Positions 10,269-21,568 are shown, counted from the stretch's first letter. The stretch is DNA of 64,000 bases from Methanocaldococcus sp. 16A (GCA_049860595.1 CP187551.1), one strand, 5' to 3'. The notes: generated by a model not told the origin, from the letters alone. Numbers and translations are program-made.

Positions 10269-11048
10269 TCAAATCTTAGATAACAAATATAAAAATAAAT
10301 TTTTGTATCCCATTATAAATGCTGATAATAGAGGAATTCCATAAGCTTTTGCATAACTATAAATATACCAGTCTATTGGTTCTAATAATCCTGCTATAGA
10401 GATAAAGATAAAAGAACAAATCATTAAAAATACTATTTTTTTGTAAGAAATTTTTCTTTTAATTATTGGAAAGATTTTGTTTGATATCTCTACTCCAGCA
10501 ACAACTGCAGTAGCAAATCCAAAAAACTCAAAAAATCCATGAGGAATAACAGCGATTAAGTCAGAATAATCTAGATTAACTCCAACTAATCCAGTCAAGG
10601 GATTCATAATAGTTAAAATAAACAATATTAACAAATATTTTTGATAATTTTTGAAAATTTCTTCTTTTTCTTTTAACGATTTGGCTTTTTTTAAGTCTTT
10701 TTTGTATAAATAACCAAGAGTTCCAAGAGCAAAAGCTATTATTAAACAACCAATATAATTAGAAATAATATATGAGAGTGCATAATCTAAGTATAAACTT
10801 TTCATCCCAACAGTTTTTGAAACTGTGGAAGAAACAGCTTTAAACTTTACAGTTCCAATATGTTGAGCTATCTTTGCAGGTTGCTCAATAATCTTTGATT
10901 TTAAAATAGATGAAAGATATAAAAGAAACTTTCCTACTGAGAAAGAAAATAAAAACCCTATCCAGCATAAAAAATAGGTTATTAAAACCTTTTTTAGAAT
11001 ATTTAAAGAGAGATATTTTTTAAAAATCTCAATTGCTTTTACTTCCAT
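10269..11048 (-). CDS. SpoIIM (DUF95)-like membrane protein
   Basis: Multiple TM segments with IPHGFFEF and IAGLLE motifs. Confidence 0.75.
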   Translation of the reverse strand: MEVKAIEIFKKYLSLNILKKVLITYFLCWIGFLFSFSVGKFLLYLSSILKSKIIEQPAKIAQHIGTVKFKAVSSTVSKTVGMKSLYLDYALSYIISNYIGCLIIAFALGTLGYLYKKDLKKAKSLKEKEEIFKNYQKYLLILFILTIMNPLTGLVGVNLDYSDLIAVIPHGFFEFFGFATAVVAGVEISNKIFPIIKRKISYKKIVFLMICSFIFISIAGLLEPIDWYIYSYAKAYGIPLLSAFIMGYKNLFLYLLSKI

Positions 11049-11070
11049 GATTTCCCTTAAGAATTTTTAA

Positions 11071-11502
11071 TTAAATCATTCTTATAGGTCTTATAGCACC
11101 ACAAGCCATACATTTGAGTAAATGGACTCTTCCCTCTTTAATAATCTTGGTATCTGGCTTACCGCACTCTCTACAGATAACATACTCCCTCAAGAAATCA
11201 TTGATTCTTGACTTTAACAATTCAGGGCTGATTCTTCTTTGTAATATCAATCTACCTCCCTCTAAGTTACCAGCACTACCAGTCTCTTTTAAGAGATATT
11301 TAGCAAAGAATTCTTCATCTCTATTAACTGCTTTAGCTAATTCTCTAAAGTTTCTTATTATTGTTCTATTTCCTTCAATTAAAATCTCAATTTCTGGTAA
11401 CTCAAATCTATCTTTTTGGAAAACGTAGTCAGGAATTTGGCTTCTTGCTCTCTTTAATAATGCTTTGTAATCATAATAGTCAATACTCTCAAGGTCACTC
11501 AT
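11071..11502 (-). CDS. eif2b: Translation initiation factor aIF-2 beta
   Basis: DRFELP..EGNRTIIRNF, C-terminal zinc ribbon CRECGKPDT...CMACGA. Confidence 0.97.
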   Translation of the reverse strand: MSDLESIDYYDYKALLKRARSQIPDYVFQKDRFELPEIEILIEGNRTIIRNFRELAKAVNRDEEFFAKYLLKETGSAGNLEGGRLILQRRISPELLKSRINDFLREYVICRECGKPDTKIIKEGRVHLLKCMACGAIRPIRMI

Positions 11503-11593
11503 TTTATCACCAAAATAAGATTATTAAAAAATTTATATATTAACTCTATATAAAAAACTATCAGTGTAGAATAAAAAAGAAAATAATCATAAT

Positions 11594-11779
11594 TTATCTT
11601 ATTCTTCTACCATTAACTTTTTTGTTTTGCCATGAGTATTTTCTCATTCTTTTATTTGGAAATCCACATGCAGCGCATCTCTTTTTTCTTACGTGGTATG
11701 CTCTTCTTCCGCATCTTCTACATCTTATATGATATGAACCTTTGTTTCTTTTACCCATTGATGGAGTACCTTTTGACAT
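11594..11779 (-). CDS. rpl37e: 50S ribosomal protein L37e
   Basis: [18 protein letters not shown]...CAACGF. Confidence 0.98.
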   Translation of the reverse strand: MSKGTPSMGKRNKGSYHIRCRRCGRRAYHVRKKRCAACGFPNKRMRKYSWQNKKVNGRRIR

Positions 11780-11899
11780 AATTTATCACCTTAAAATCCT
11801 TGATTTGTGTTTTACTCTCTTTTTATTATACATTAGATAAAAATATTAATCGAGTAATAATAGCAGATTATTCTATTTAAACTTTACCTATATTATATT

Positions 11900-13804
11900 T
11901 TATTTAACTCTTATTGCATCTAAGTTTATTGGTACATAGGTTTGTTTTTTAAACAATCTTCTTACTGTATCAGCGAAATCTAAGCACTTACTTTCCTCTC
12001 CATGGACCATAATAACCTTTTCTGGTGATGGCTTCAATCTTCTAATGTATTTAATTAACTGCTTTCTATCACAATGTCCTGAAAATCCTTCAATTGTATA
12101 AACCTGTAAATTGATTGGAATTGATTTTGTCTTTCCATTTCTTGTTGTTATTGGAATTTCTTTCCAACCTCTTTGAACTTTTCTTCCTAAAGTCCCCTCT
12201 GCCTGATAACCAACAAATATTATTGCATTTTTCTCATCAGGGGCTAAGTGTTTTAGATATTCAACACTCGGTCCTCCAGTAAGCATTCCAGATGTTGCTA
12301 AAATTATACATGGTTCATCGCTATCGATAACTCTCCTTCTTTCATTAGTACTCCCTACTCTTTTAAACACTTCAGATAAGAATGGATTATCTCCTTCATG
12401 GAATATCTTCTGCCTCATTTCTTTTGATAAATACTCTGGATATGCAGTGTGTATAGCAGTAGCTTCCCAAATCATCCCATCTAAATAGACTGGGGCATTG
12501 AATATACCCTGATTATATCCTTCTTCTAAAACAAGCATCAATTCTTGAGCTCTACCAACACCAAATACTGGGATTAAAACTTTTCCTCCTCTATCTGTTG
12601 TTTCACTAACAACTCTTAAAAGTTCTCTTTCTGCCTCTTCCCTCTCTGGCAGAACATCATCATAAGCCCCATAAGTAGATTCAATTATTAATGTTTCTAA
12701 TCTTGGGAATTGGCAAACTGCTGGCTCTAACAACCTTGATGTCTCAAACTTAATGTCTCCAGTGTATGCTAAATTATACAACCCATCCCCTATGTGTAAA
12801 TGGGCAATAGCAGAACCTAAAACATGCCCTGCATTGTGTAGAGTTAGTTTTATTGTTGGGCTTATATCAGTTGTAACTCCATAATCAATTGGTATTGTAT
12901 GCTTAACGCAAGTTTTTATATCTTTTGATGTATAAGGAACTTCCTTACCCTCTTTTTTAGCAATTTCTAAATAATCTTTTTGTAATAAAGTCATTAAATC
13001 CCGTGTAGGTCTTGTGCAATAAACAGGGCCGTCATAACCATATCTAAATAAACCAGGAACAAAACCGCAGTGGTCTAAATGGGCATGAGTAACTATAACT
13101 GCATCTAAATCCTCAATTGAAAACTCTGGGGCTTCAAAATGGGGAAATGCCTTATCTTCACACGCTACATTAATTCCACAATCAATTAAAACTCTTGTGT
13201 CTGGGGTTTGGACGTATAAGCAAGACCTTCCAACCTCTCTCGCTCCTCCTAAGAAAGATACTCTTATCCAATAATCTCCTTTAACAATAACATCCCTATG
13301 TATTCTCCTTCCAATTCTTCTTAAAATTTCTTTAACTTCATGTCTTTCTCTATAAAGTGTAGCTCTAATTGCTTTAATTGTCTCTGATTGTATTGGTGGA
13401 GCCCTTACTGGTTTAGGTGCCCATCTTATTGCTTTTTTTATTAGCTCTAATGTCTTTCCTTCTTTACCTATAACTAATCCAGGTTTCTTTGATTCTATTA
13501 TAACCTCTCCAGTGTTTGCATCAAAAACAAAGTTGGTAATCTCTGCCTCTTCAGGAACAATTTCTAAAATTTTCTTTTTAGCGATTTCTGGCTCAACTAA
13601 AACAGATGGGTCTGGTCTTATTGAAATTCTTTTTCTCAAATCCTTAGCAAGGTTTTTAATAATCTCATTTGTAAAAACTTCTGGATTTTTTACATAAACT
13701 ACAACTTCGGGCCCTTCAAACTGAACATCAACTATTTTCGCCTCTTTTGGTGATTTTTTTATTATTTCTTTCGTTATATTTTCTAAAATTTCCTCTGCTG
13801 ACAA
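11900..13804 (-). CDS. fttA: Beta-CASP ribonuclease aCPSF1 / transcription termination factor FttA
   Basis: N-terminal KH domains, HAHLDH MBL motif, beta-CASP domain, GFSGH, VHGE. TTG start after GGAGG. Confidence 0.96.
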   Translation of the reverse strand: MSAEEILENITKEIIKKSPKEAKIVDVQFEGPEVVVYVKNPEVFTNEIIKNLAKDLRKRISIRPDPSVLVEPEIAKKKILEIVPEEAEITNFVFDANTGEVIIESKKPGLVIGKEGKTLELIKKAIRWAPKPVRAPPIQSETIKAIRATLYRERHEVKEILRRIGRRIHRDVIVKGDYWIRVSFLGGAREVGRSCLYVQTPDTRVLIDCGINVACEDKAFPHFEAPEFSIEDLDAVIVTHAHLDHCGFVPGLFRYGYDGPVYCTRPTRDLMTLLQKDYLEIAKKEGKEVPYTSKDIKTCVKHTIPIDYGVTTDISPTIKLTLHNAGHVLGSAIAHLHIGDGLYNLAYTGDIKFETSRLLEPAVCQFPRLETLIIESTYGAYDDVLPEREEAERELLRVVSETTDRGGKVLIPVFGVGRAQELMLVLEEGYNQGIFNAPVYLDGMIWEATAIHTAYPEYLSKEMRQKIFHEGDNPFLSEVFKRVGSTNERRRVIDSDEPCIILATSGMLTGGPSVEYLKHLAPDEKNAIIFVGYQAEGTLGRKVQRGWKEIPITTRNGKTKSIPINLQVYTIEGFSGHCDRKQLIKYIRRLKPSPEKVIMVHGEESKCLDFADTVRRLFKKQTYVPINLDAIRVK

Positions 13805-13864
13805 AATAATCCTCCTCCTTAACTTTTAAAAATCTACGGTGTTTTTAAATTGAAAATTTTAATA

Positions 13865-13961
13865 TAGGACTCCCGCAAGAATAAATATATTATTTAGTAG
13901 GAATATAGACTCTTAAAGGTGTCAAAGGTCTTTATTTAATATATAAACTGCGAAAGTCCTA
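13865..13961. mobile_element. MJRE-like palindromic MITE (TIR TAGGACTTTCGCAG type)
   Basis: TAGGACTCCCGCAAG ... CTGCGAAAGTCCTA, TA on both flanks, central GAC...GTC hairpin. Confidence 0.8.
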
Positions 13962-14025
13962 TAGTAATCATTATAGCTCAATGAAAAAAATTTTAAAATT
14001 TAAAAAATCAGTAAAATAGATTTAA

Positions 14026-14054
14026 TATGACTTTAAGGCAGTATGAAAGTCCTA
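14026..14054. repeat. Internally deleted MJRE-like remnant
   Basis: TATGACTTT ... AAAGTCCTA, TIR-like ends only 11 bp apart. Confidence 0.5.
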
Positions 14055-14128
14055 TTTAATTAAACTAAATATAGAAAGTTGGTTGTCATCTATTTTTTTA
14101 ATTTATCAGTTTTTAATTTTAATTTGAT

Positions 14129-14803
14129 TTATTTACTTTTTCTTCTACTTCTTTTTGTAGTTTTTTTCTTAGATTTTGATTTCATACTATCTAAAATTTT
14201 TTCAATCTCCTCATCTTCGAATATCTTAACACCTTCTTTTGTAATGACGGCTAATGATATCCCATTTCCTGAAAATGTATCTCTTTCCATAGCTGATTTT
14301 AATGCTTTTATAGCTAATTTTATTCCTTCATCAACAGACATATCTCTATCATATCCAGCTTCTAAAACCCCATAGGCTATTGGGGAGCCTGAACCAGTAG
14401 CTGTAAAGGTTTTTTCTTCATTCATTCCTCCTAATGGGTCTAATGAAAATAATTTAGCTCCTTCTAATAAATCATATCCACCAATAATTAGCTGAGTTAA
14501 AAAAGGGAAGAACCTGCTTGAGTGTAGAATATTACTTAATAGGGTTGCACATGCCAATGGAGAAATATTTTTTCCGGTTCTCATTTTATATAGTTTTGCT
14601 TCAGCAGTTAATAATCTAACTATTGCTTGTGCATCGCCAACACTTCCAGCTATTGTTAATGCTATGTAATCGTCAATTTTATACAATTTTTTCGCATTTT
14701 TATCAGCTATTAAATTACCCATTGATGCTCTTTTATCAGTTGCTAAAATTACTGCATCGTCACAAATTAAACCAACGGTAGTTGTTCCTTTCATAGCATC
14801 CAT
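14129..14803 (-). CDS. psmB: Proteasome beta subunit
   Basis: Propeptide MDAMKG followed by TTT catalytic Thr, DKRAS, ATGSGS. Confidence 0.97.
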   Translation of the reverse strand: MDAMKGTTTVGLICDDAVILATDKRASMGNLIADKNAKKLYKIDDYIALTIAGSVGDAQAIVRLLTAEAKLYKMRTGKNISPLACATLLSNILHSSRFFPFLTQLIIGGYDLLEGAKLFSLDPLGGMNEEKTFTATGSGSPIAYGVLEAGYDRDMSVDEGIKLAIKALKSAMERDTFSGNGISLAVITKEGVKIFEDEEIEKILDSMKSKSKKKTTKRSRRKSK

Positions 14804-14921
14804 TTTTTCACCTTTACAAAAGCATAAATGATTTGATTAGTGGTTTATTCTTTTATAGCATATACAATAAAAAATAAAAATAAAGGAGATTAATAAAAGA
14901 TATATTAAAAGATTATAATTA

Positions 14922-16289
14922 TTAGTAGGTTTTAGCTATTGCTATATATTTGTTACCTTTATATTCTGTCTCCCCTAAAATAGTTGCTTCTACCTTTTCT
15001 TCAAGTTCTTCATTATATATTTCCTCCTTAAATGGAATTAAAATTACCCCTCTTTTTTCAGATAATATTTTTTTAATTTCCTCAGGATTTATATCTTCAA
15101 GGATGGTTATAAAGTTTTCGAATTTTTCCCATGCTCTATTCTTAATGTTTTCCATAATATTATTTAAAGTTTTTTCTATAACATCTTCCAACTGAGTTTC
15201 ATCAACTTGGAGCTTTTCCATGGTATCTCTTCTAAATATGGTTATCTTTTTATTCTCAATATCTTTCGGTCCTATTTCAATTCTCAGTGGTACTCCTTTT
15301 ATCTCCCAATCATTAAACTTCCTTCCTGGTCTTATATCTCTATCATCAATATGGACTCTAAACTTACCTTTTAATTTTTTATAAATCTCTTCTGCTTTGT
15401 CCATAACAATATCTTCCTTTCCTTTAAAAATTAATGGAACAATAACTATTTGAATTGGTGCTACTATTGGTGGTAAAATTAATCCTTTCTCATCTCCATG
15501 TATTGCTATAATTGAAGCTATAACCCTATCTGAAATTCCATAACATGTCTGATAAGCATAATCTTTATCTCCAGTAGGTGTTTCAAATATAATTTCAAAT
15601 GTTTTTGAGAAGTTTTGCCCTAAATTATGAACTGTTGCTATCTGCATTGCTCTACCATCAGGAAATATTGTATCAAATGCCATTGTATATTCTGCTCCTG
15701 GAAACTTATCCCATTCTGGTCTCTTTGAAATTAAGTAAGGAATGCCTAAAGTATCAAAGAATTTTTTGTAGATAGATATTGCTTCTTTAACCTGCTCTTC
15801 TGCTTCTTCTTTTGTTGAATGTGCTGTATGAGCCTCTTTAAATGTCATTATCTCTCTTAATCTAATTAAAGGTCTTGTGTGCTTTGTTTCATATCTAAAG
15901 GTATTGACTATCTGATATATTTTTATTGGTAAATCTGTATGAACCTTAACCCAAAGCTTCATCATATAATAAATAGGAGTTTCTGAAGTAGGTCTTAAAG
16001 CTAATTTAACATCTAAAGGAGTTTTTCCTCCATGAGTTACCCAATAAACCTCATCCTCAAACCCTTTTATATGCTCTCCCTCTTTAGCTAATAAATCCTC
16101 TGGAATTAACATTGGGAATAAAGCTTCATCATGCCCACTCTCATCCAACAAATCTCTTATTATTTCAAAAGTATATCTCCTAATTTTAAATCCGTAAGGT
16201 AGATAAACACCACAACCCTTTATTGGGTATCTAACATCATAAATTTCAGCTTTTTCTAATATATCTGAATACCATTCTGAAAATTCCAA
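14922..16289 (-). CDS. proS: Proline--tRNA ligase
   Basis: [25 protein letters not shown] motif 2, QTCYGISDR motif 3. Confidence 0.97.
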   Translation of the reverse strand: MEFSEWYSDILEKAEIYDVRYPIKGCGVYLPYGFKIRRYTFEIIRDLLDESGHDEALFPMLIPEDLLAKEGEHIKGFEDEVYWVTHGGKTPLDVKLALRPTSETPIYYMMKLWVKVHTDLPIKIYQIVNTFRYETKHTRPLIRLREIMTFKEAHTAHSTKEEAEEQVKEAISIYKKFFDTLGIPYLISKRPEWDKFPGAEYTMAFDTIFPDGRAMQIATVHNLGQNFSKTFEIIFETPTGDKDYAYQTCYGISDRVIASIIAIHGDEKGLILPPIVAPIQIVIVPLIFKGKEDIVMDKAEEIYKKLKGKFRVHIDDRDIRPGRKFNDWEIKGVPLRIEIGPKDIENKKITIFRRDTMEKLQVDETQLEDVIEKTLNNIMENIKNRAWEKFENFITILEDINPEEIKKILSEKRGVILIPFKEEIYNEELEEKVEATILGETEYKGNKYIAIAKTY

Positions 16290-16376
16290 GATATCACCTT
16301 CATCATTAAATATTATATTTTTATTAATAATGAGAGTAGATATTGCTAATTATTTAAAGTTTTTTGTGGTGACCTT

Positions 16377-17051
16377 ATGATAGCAATTTCTATTAAGCCA
16401 AGTAAAATGAATGAAGATATCGTAGAGTTTGGGAAGTTTGTTAGAAGATATTTTGATTATTACATTATAGACGCTGAGAATAATCCAATAACTGATAAAG
16501 ATATTTTAGAAAGACTAGAAAATATATCAAATGTTGTTTTGACAGTTCAAGCAAAGAAAGAAAATGTATTTCAATTATTAAATCTTTATTCATCCTACAA
16601 TTTTGATTTATGTATCGTCTTAGGAAATAAATTTTATTTATCTGAGAAAGAGAGAAAATTTAATAATAATAGAATTTTGGATGTTATTACAGAGGCTATG
16701 AAATACAATAACAATATTTGGGTGGGAACAGAAGGAGTTGAGAGTATTGTTAAAGATATTATTGAAGAAAACAATCTTATCGCTTATTATCTATATGGGC
16801 AAACATGTAATATAAACTCAAAGAGAGCTATATACATTCCATTTACTTCAAAAATTGATGAAAATATATTGAAATCTATGGAAGGTTATTTAAATAGAAG
16901 GAAAAAATATAATGGGAATTGGAAGGACTTTATATTATTTTTAGAAGATAAAGAAATTTTAAAGAGAATTAAAGATAATAATGATATAGTTGTTGGCTAT
17001 CCTATTATTCCTAACAAAAATGAGATATTAAAGTTTAGAGAGAAATTGTAA
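16377..17051 (+). CDS. Uncharacterised archaeal protein, probable TIM-barrel (DUF7388-like)
   Basis: GGTGA RBS. Alternating beta/alpha pattern with VLGNKFYLSEKER, WVGTEGVE and VVGYP motifs. Confidence 0.6.
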   Translation: MIAISIKPSKMNEDIVEFGKFVRRYFDYYIIDAENNPITDKDILERLENISNVVLTVQAKKENVFQLLNLYSSYNFDLCIVLGNKFYLSEKERKFNNNRILDVITEAMKYNNNIWVGTEGVESIVKDIIEENNLIAYYLYGQTCNINSKRAIYIPFTSKIDENILKSMEGYLNRRKKYNGNWKDFILFLEDKEILKRIKDNNDIVVGYPIIPNKNEILKFREKL

Positions 17052-17101
17052 ATTTAATATTTATAGATTTAATAAAGTATTTAATTAATATAATTAATAA
17101 A

Positions 17102-18706
17102 TTATTTTTGTCCAAACATTTCTTGTTTCTCCTCCTCAGTTAATAAAGCAACAATCTCTTCTGGCTTACCAACTTTAATTAATTTACCATTTCTCATTAA
17201 ACCTGCTCTATCACAAACATTTAATACAAAATCCATATCGTGTGAAACTATAATATATGTCTGTTCTAATTCTACCCTTGATTTGTGAATTGATTCAGCA
17301 ACTGTATTTCTTGTTATTGGGTCCATTGTTCCAGTTGGCTCATCTAAGATAACAACTCTTGGCTCTTTTATTAAAACTTGTGCTAAAGCACATCTATGCC
17401 TTTCCCCAACACTCAATTCATGAGGATATTTATCCAAAATCTCCTCTGCTTCTTCTTCACTAAAACCTACTGAGGTTAAAGTATAAACTGCCTTCATCCT
17501 TGCAAATTCATCTGGAAGCTCTAAACCTATAGCTTCTGTTAAGTTTTGCAATATGGTTCTATGTGGATAGAGTGCATATTCCTGGAATAATATACCTATA
17601 TATCTCTTAGCTCTACCCCTCCCATTTATTCCAGGTTGTGTCATATCAACCCATTCATCTCCAACTCTAAACCAATACTTCCCCTTAGATGGAGGAAGTA
17701 CTCCTGCTATTATTTTTGATAAAGTGGTTTTTCCAGCTCCACTTACTCCAACCAAACCAAAGATTTCTTTCTCTCTTATATTTAAAGTAACTCCATCAAC
17801 TGCCTTAACAACCCCCCTCTCTACAGAACAATAATGTTTTGAGATATTTTCTAATCTTATTATATCTTCTTTAATTTCAACTTCTGTTTCTGGTTTTTTA
17901 AACTCTTTAACTGTTTCCATGAATTTATTAACAATTTCTTCTGAACTACCTTCCATTATAATTTCTCCTTTCTCTAACCAAATAGCTTTTTCTGTTAGTT
18001 CAGCAATAACCTCCGGCCAGTGAGAGGTTAAGATTAAGCTTATCTTATTTTTAATAACAAGTTCTTTCAAAGCTGAATGCACTAATTTAGCAGTTTGAGG
18101 GTCTAAGGTTCCAGTTGGTTCATCAGCTAAGAATATAAATGGCTCTTTAGCTATTTGTCTTGCTAAAACTACTCTCTGCTTTTCTCCCCCACTTAAATCT
18201 CTTGCTATATGTGTTACTCTATGCTCTAACTTGACCATCTTAATTAGCTCTAATGCCTTATCAATAGCTTCTTTTCCTTCATATCCTGCCTGATGTAAAG
18301 CCTCTAAGATGTTTTCGAGAACTGATTTCTCCCCATATAAAGCGAAGGTTCTCTGAAGCATTATGGCAATTTTTCTTTTTAAATTATAGGTGTATTTTTT
18401 GTCATTCCAAAAATCAACTTCTATTTTTTTAAGCTCTTCTCCACACTTTTTACAAGGAGTTCCTGCCTTTGAAGGAACATCTACATAACCACACTTTTCA
18501 CAATAAGAGACATGATAAATTATTTGCCCCTCAGTAGGTTCATAACCATCCATTCCTCTTAACATGTGTAATAGAACTGATTTCCCAGCTCCACTTTTAC
18601 CCAAAATACCTAATGATTCTCCTTCTTCCAATGTAAATGATATATTCTTCAAAACTACCTTATCTCCAAATTTTTTTGTAACGTTTTTAACTTCCAATAG
18701 TATCAT
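17102..18706 (-). CDS. atwA: Methyl-coenzyme M reductase system component A2 (ABC-type ATPase)
   Basis: Two ABC cassettes, zinc knuckle CEKC...[16 protein letters not shown], no TM segments. Confidence 0.96.
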   Translation of the reverse strand: MILLEVKNVTKKFGDKVVLKNISFTLEEGESLGILGKSGAGKSVLLHMLRGMDGYEPTEGQIIYHVSYCEKCGYVDVPSKAGTPCKKCGEELKKIEVDFWNDKKYTYNLKRKIAIMLQRTFALYGEKSVLENILEALHQAGYEGKEAIDKALELIKMVKLEHRVTHIARDLSGGEKQRVVLARQIAKEPFIFLADEPTGTLDPQTAKLVHSALKELVIKNKISLILTSHWPEVIAELTEKAIWLEKGEIIMEGSSEEIVNKFMETVKEFKKPETEVEIKEDIIRLENISKHYCSVERGVVKAVDGVTLNIREKEIFGLVGVSGAGKTTLSKIIAGVLPPSKGKYWFRVGDEWVDMTQPGINGRGRAKRYIGILFQEYALYPHRTILQNLTEAIGLELPDEFARMKAVYTLTSVGFSEEEAEEILDKYPHELSVGERHRCALAQVLIKEPRVVILDEPTGTMDPITRNTVAESIHKSRVELEQTYIIVSHDMDFVLNVCDRAGLMRNGKLIKVGKPEEIVALLTEEEKQEMFGQK

Positions 18707-19077
18707 AGTTCCTCACCATCTAAAGTTCTACAGTGCTTTTTTATGCCAAACCTATGTCTCATACAGAAGCCGCATTCTCTAATTTTGTATTCTCCTCCTT
18801 CAATAACTATTGCTTTTCCATTTATTAATGCATCAGCAATCTTTTTCCTGCCTTCTGTTAATAAGCTCCATAAAACCCTTCTTGAAATACCCATCAATTT
18901 AGCGGCTTCTTCTTGAGTATAGTCAAGATAATCAACCAATCTAATAGCCTCTAATTCATCTACAGTTAATACAACTTTATCTAAATCTCCAATAGGCCTT
19001 CCTTGTGGCTTAAATATCCTAAATTTTGGTTCTTCAGATATAAATCTTGGTATTTTTGGTCTTCCTCTTCTTCTCAT
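18703..19077 (-). CDS. DUF134 (UPF0251) HTH DNA-binding protein with C-terminal CxxC
   Basis: [48 protein letters not shown]. Overlaps atwA by 4 bp. Confidence 0.9.
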   Translation of the reverse strand: MRRRGRPKIPRFISEEPKFRIFKPQGRPIGDLDKVVLTVDELEAIRLVDYLDYTQEEAAKLMGISRRVLWSLLTEGRKKIADALINGKAIVIEGGEYKIRECGFCMRHRFGIKKHCRTLDGEEL

Positions 19078-19092
19078 ATAATCTCCTCATTT

Positions 19093-19419
19093 TTAAGGCA
19101 TATTCACTATTATCCCTTCAATAGGGACTTCAATTATTGTATATTTGCAATCAGCTAATTTTTCATCAATTAGTTTTTCAATCTCCATTAGTTTATATTC
19201 ATCTACAACAGTTCCAATCAATATTGCATTTTGTGCTAAATCGCTAATTGCTTTTATAGCCATTTCTGGGTCTTCATCTAACAAAAATCCCTGCCAATCT
19301 TGAGGAGACATACCCTTATAGTCATATAAGAAAAATCCTGTTATTCCTCCCTCTGATAAAGCATTTATTGCCTTTCCAACATTTTCACTTTCAACAAACA
19401 GATATAGAAGAACTTTCAT
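19093..19419 (-). CDS. MJ1244-family protein (PII-like ferredoxin fold)
   Basis: LFVESENVGKAINAL..GITGFFL..YKG..IGTVV. Paralog of the upstream ORF. Confidence 0.8.
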   Translation of the reverse strand: MKVLLYLFVESENVGKAINALSEGGITGFFLYDYKGMSPQDWQGFLLDEDPEMAIKAISDLAQNAILIGTVVDEYKLMEIEKLIDEKLADCKYTIIEVPIEGIIVNMP

Positions 19420-19431
19420 TCGTACTCACCT

Positions 19432-19770
19432 TTAAACTCTATGAACCTTAACTTTTAATATTGGAATCTTCATTACAGTCCATCTCTCACTATCTAATTT
19501 TTCTTTTAATAGCTCTTCTATTTTTTTAGCTTTTTCCTTTCTAACTACTGTTCCAATAACAACTGCTTTATCAGACTCTTTCTCTATAATTTCATATACC
19601 TTCTCAATATTTTCTAATTCCTCTTTACTTAAATTTTTAATCTTATCTGGCGATAATCCCCTATACTTATGCAAGAAAAATCCAGTAATTCCAGATAATG
19701 TCATAATATTTATCGCTTTGCCTACATTTTTTTCTTCAACAAACAATTTAAATAAAACTCTATCTGTCAT
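19432..19770 (-). CDS. MJ1244-family paralog (PII-like ferredoxin fold)
   Basis: LFVEEKNVGKAINIM..GITGFFL..YRG..IGTVV. Confidence 0.8.
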   Translation of the reverse strand: MTDRVLFKLFVEEKNVGKAINIMTLSGITGFFLHKYRGLSPDKIKNLSKEELENIEKVYEIIEKESDKAVVIGTVVRKEKAKKIEELLKEKLDSERWTVMKIPILKVKVHRV

Positions 19771-19946
19771 AATATCCCTCTTATGTGTAAAAGTTATAGT
19801 TTAACTGTTAAAATTGTAGAATATAAAGTTTTTCATTTGAAGCCCCAATACTATTAAGTATGTAATGTATGTTATTTTTTACGTTAAAATTATATAATAT
19901 AGTAACAAAATAATTTATTGAAATATTGTATTGGGGTGATTAAATT

Positions 19947-20564
19947 TTGGGCTTGAAATCTCTAATAATATTGGGGGTATCACTAATTATATTAGTATTT
20001 GTGGGGGCAAATGTTTCAAATTTTTTATATAAGACCTTTTATGGAAAAGATATAGATAATATGACAATCTATATAGATGAAGATTCTATAAAAGAGATAA
20101 ATCTAAAAGTTGGCGAGTCTATAATGTCAAACACTTCTAAAATAAAAATGACAATAAAAGAAATATACAGAACTCAAAAACTTAAAGGAAATATGGGATA
20201 TAGAAAAATAAAGGATAATGAAACTTTTATTATTGTAAAAGTTAGGGTAGATAATTTGAAAGATGACAAGTCATATTATATCTCAAATATGGATTTTTAT
20301 TTAGTTGATGAAAAGGGAAGAAAATATGATTGTGAAATGAATGTACTTGATATTAAGGATGTACTTACAATCACTACAGTACCTCCACACAAATATATTG
20401 AAGGATATATAATCTACAAAGTCCCAAAGGATATAAAAACAGTAAAAATAACTTATAATTTTAGAAATATTCAAAATATTTTTGATTCATACAAAGCCGT
20501 TTGGGAAATAAATATGTCGGATATACCATATATTGAAGAGTTTCCTCAAAATATTAGAGATTAG
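19947..20564 (+). CDS. DUF4352-domain membrane-anchored protein
   Basis: N-terminal TM helix, FIIVKVRVDN, DFYLVDEKGRKYD, GYIIYKVP Ig-like pattern. TTG start after GGTGA. Confidence 0.75.
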   Translation: MGLKSLIILGVSLIILVFVGANVSNFLYKTFYGKDIDNMTIYIDEDSIKEINLKVGESIMSNTSKIKMTIKEIYRTQKLKGNMGYRKIKDNETFIIVKVRVDNLKDDKSYYISNMDFYLVDEKGRKYDCEMNVLDIKDVLTITTVPPHKYIEGYIIYKVPKDIKTVKITYNFRNIQNIFDSYKAVWEINMSDIPYIEEFPQNIRD

Positions 20565-20585
20565 ACTTATTTTTAACTATTTTTA

Positions 20586-21452
20586 TTACTCTTTTAAAAT
20601 CTCTGTTAATAACTTTGGAATATCGGATATATTTCTTGCTACATAAGCCCCAGCTTCTTCTAAAGCTTTCATCTTACTTTCAGCAGTACCTTTTCCTTTT
20701 TCAACTATAGCCCCAGCATGTCCCATTCTCTTTCCTTCTGGAGCTGACTGACCAGCAATATAACCAACTACTGGCTTTTTCATCTTTTCTATAAATTTAG
20801 CAGCCTCTTCTTCAGCCCCTCCACCAATCTCTCCAATCATAACAATAGCTTCTGTCTCATCATCCTTTTCAAATAAATCTAAAACTTCTTTGTATCTAAG
20901 TCCAGTTATTGGGTCTCCTCCAATTCCTACACAAGTTGAGACACCAAATCCAGCATTTTTTATTTGGTGAGCTATCTCATAAGTTAATGTCCCACTTCTT
21001 GAAACCATACCTATACTTCCTTCCTTTAAAACTTCCATTGGTATGATTCCCAATTTACCTACTTTTGGTGAAGCAATTCCTGGTGTATTAGGACCAATAA
21101 TTTTAACTCCCACATCTTCAGCATAGTTTATAAATTCCATTGTATCATGAACTGGAATATGTTCAGTAATAACAACAATTAAATCAATTCCTGCATCTAT
21201 TGCCTCAAAAACAGCATCCTTAGCAAATGGGGCTGGAACAAAAATTACTGACGCGTTTGCATCTGTTTCTTCAACAGCTTCTTTAACTGTATCAAAAACA
21301 GGCACTCCATAAACCTCTTGCCCACCTTTTCCTGGTGTAACTCCTCCAACAATTTTTGTTCCACATTCTAACATCTTCTTTGTGTGAAAACTACCCTGTT
21401 TTCCAGTAATTCCTTGAACTATCGCTCTTGTATTTTCATCTAATAAAATCAT
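20586..21452 (-). CDS. sucD: Succinyl-CoA synthetase alpha subunit
   Basis: [32 protein letters not shown] phospho-His motif. Confidence 0.97.
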   Translation of the reverse strand: MILLDENTRAIVQGITGKQGSFHTKKMLECGTKIVGGVTPGKGGQEVYGVPVFDTVKEAVEETDANASVIFVPAPFAKDAVFEAIDAGIDLIVVITEHIPVHDTMEFINYAEDVGVKIIGPNTPGIASPKVGKLGIIPMEVLKEGSIGMVSRSGTLTYEIAHQIKNAGFGVSTCVGIGGDPITGLRYKEVLDLFEKDDETEAIVMIGEIGGGAEEEAAKFIEKMKKPVVGYIAGQSAPEGKRMGHAGAIVEKGKGTAESKMKALEEAGAYVARNISDIPKLLTEILKE

Positions 21453-21568
21453 CCTATCCCTCACCAAATTTGCATTAAATTTTCAATTTTACAGTTTTTA
21501 AAGCATTTGTTATTATCTGAAAATATTGGTTTGAACTCATATAAAAGTATCTTAGATATCTCATATCG

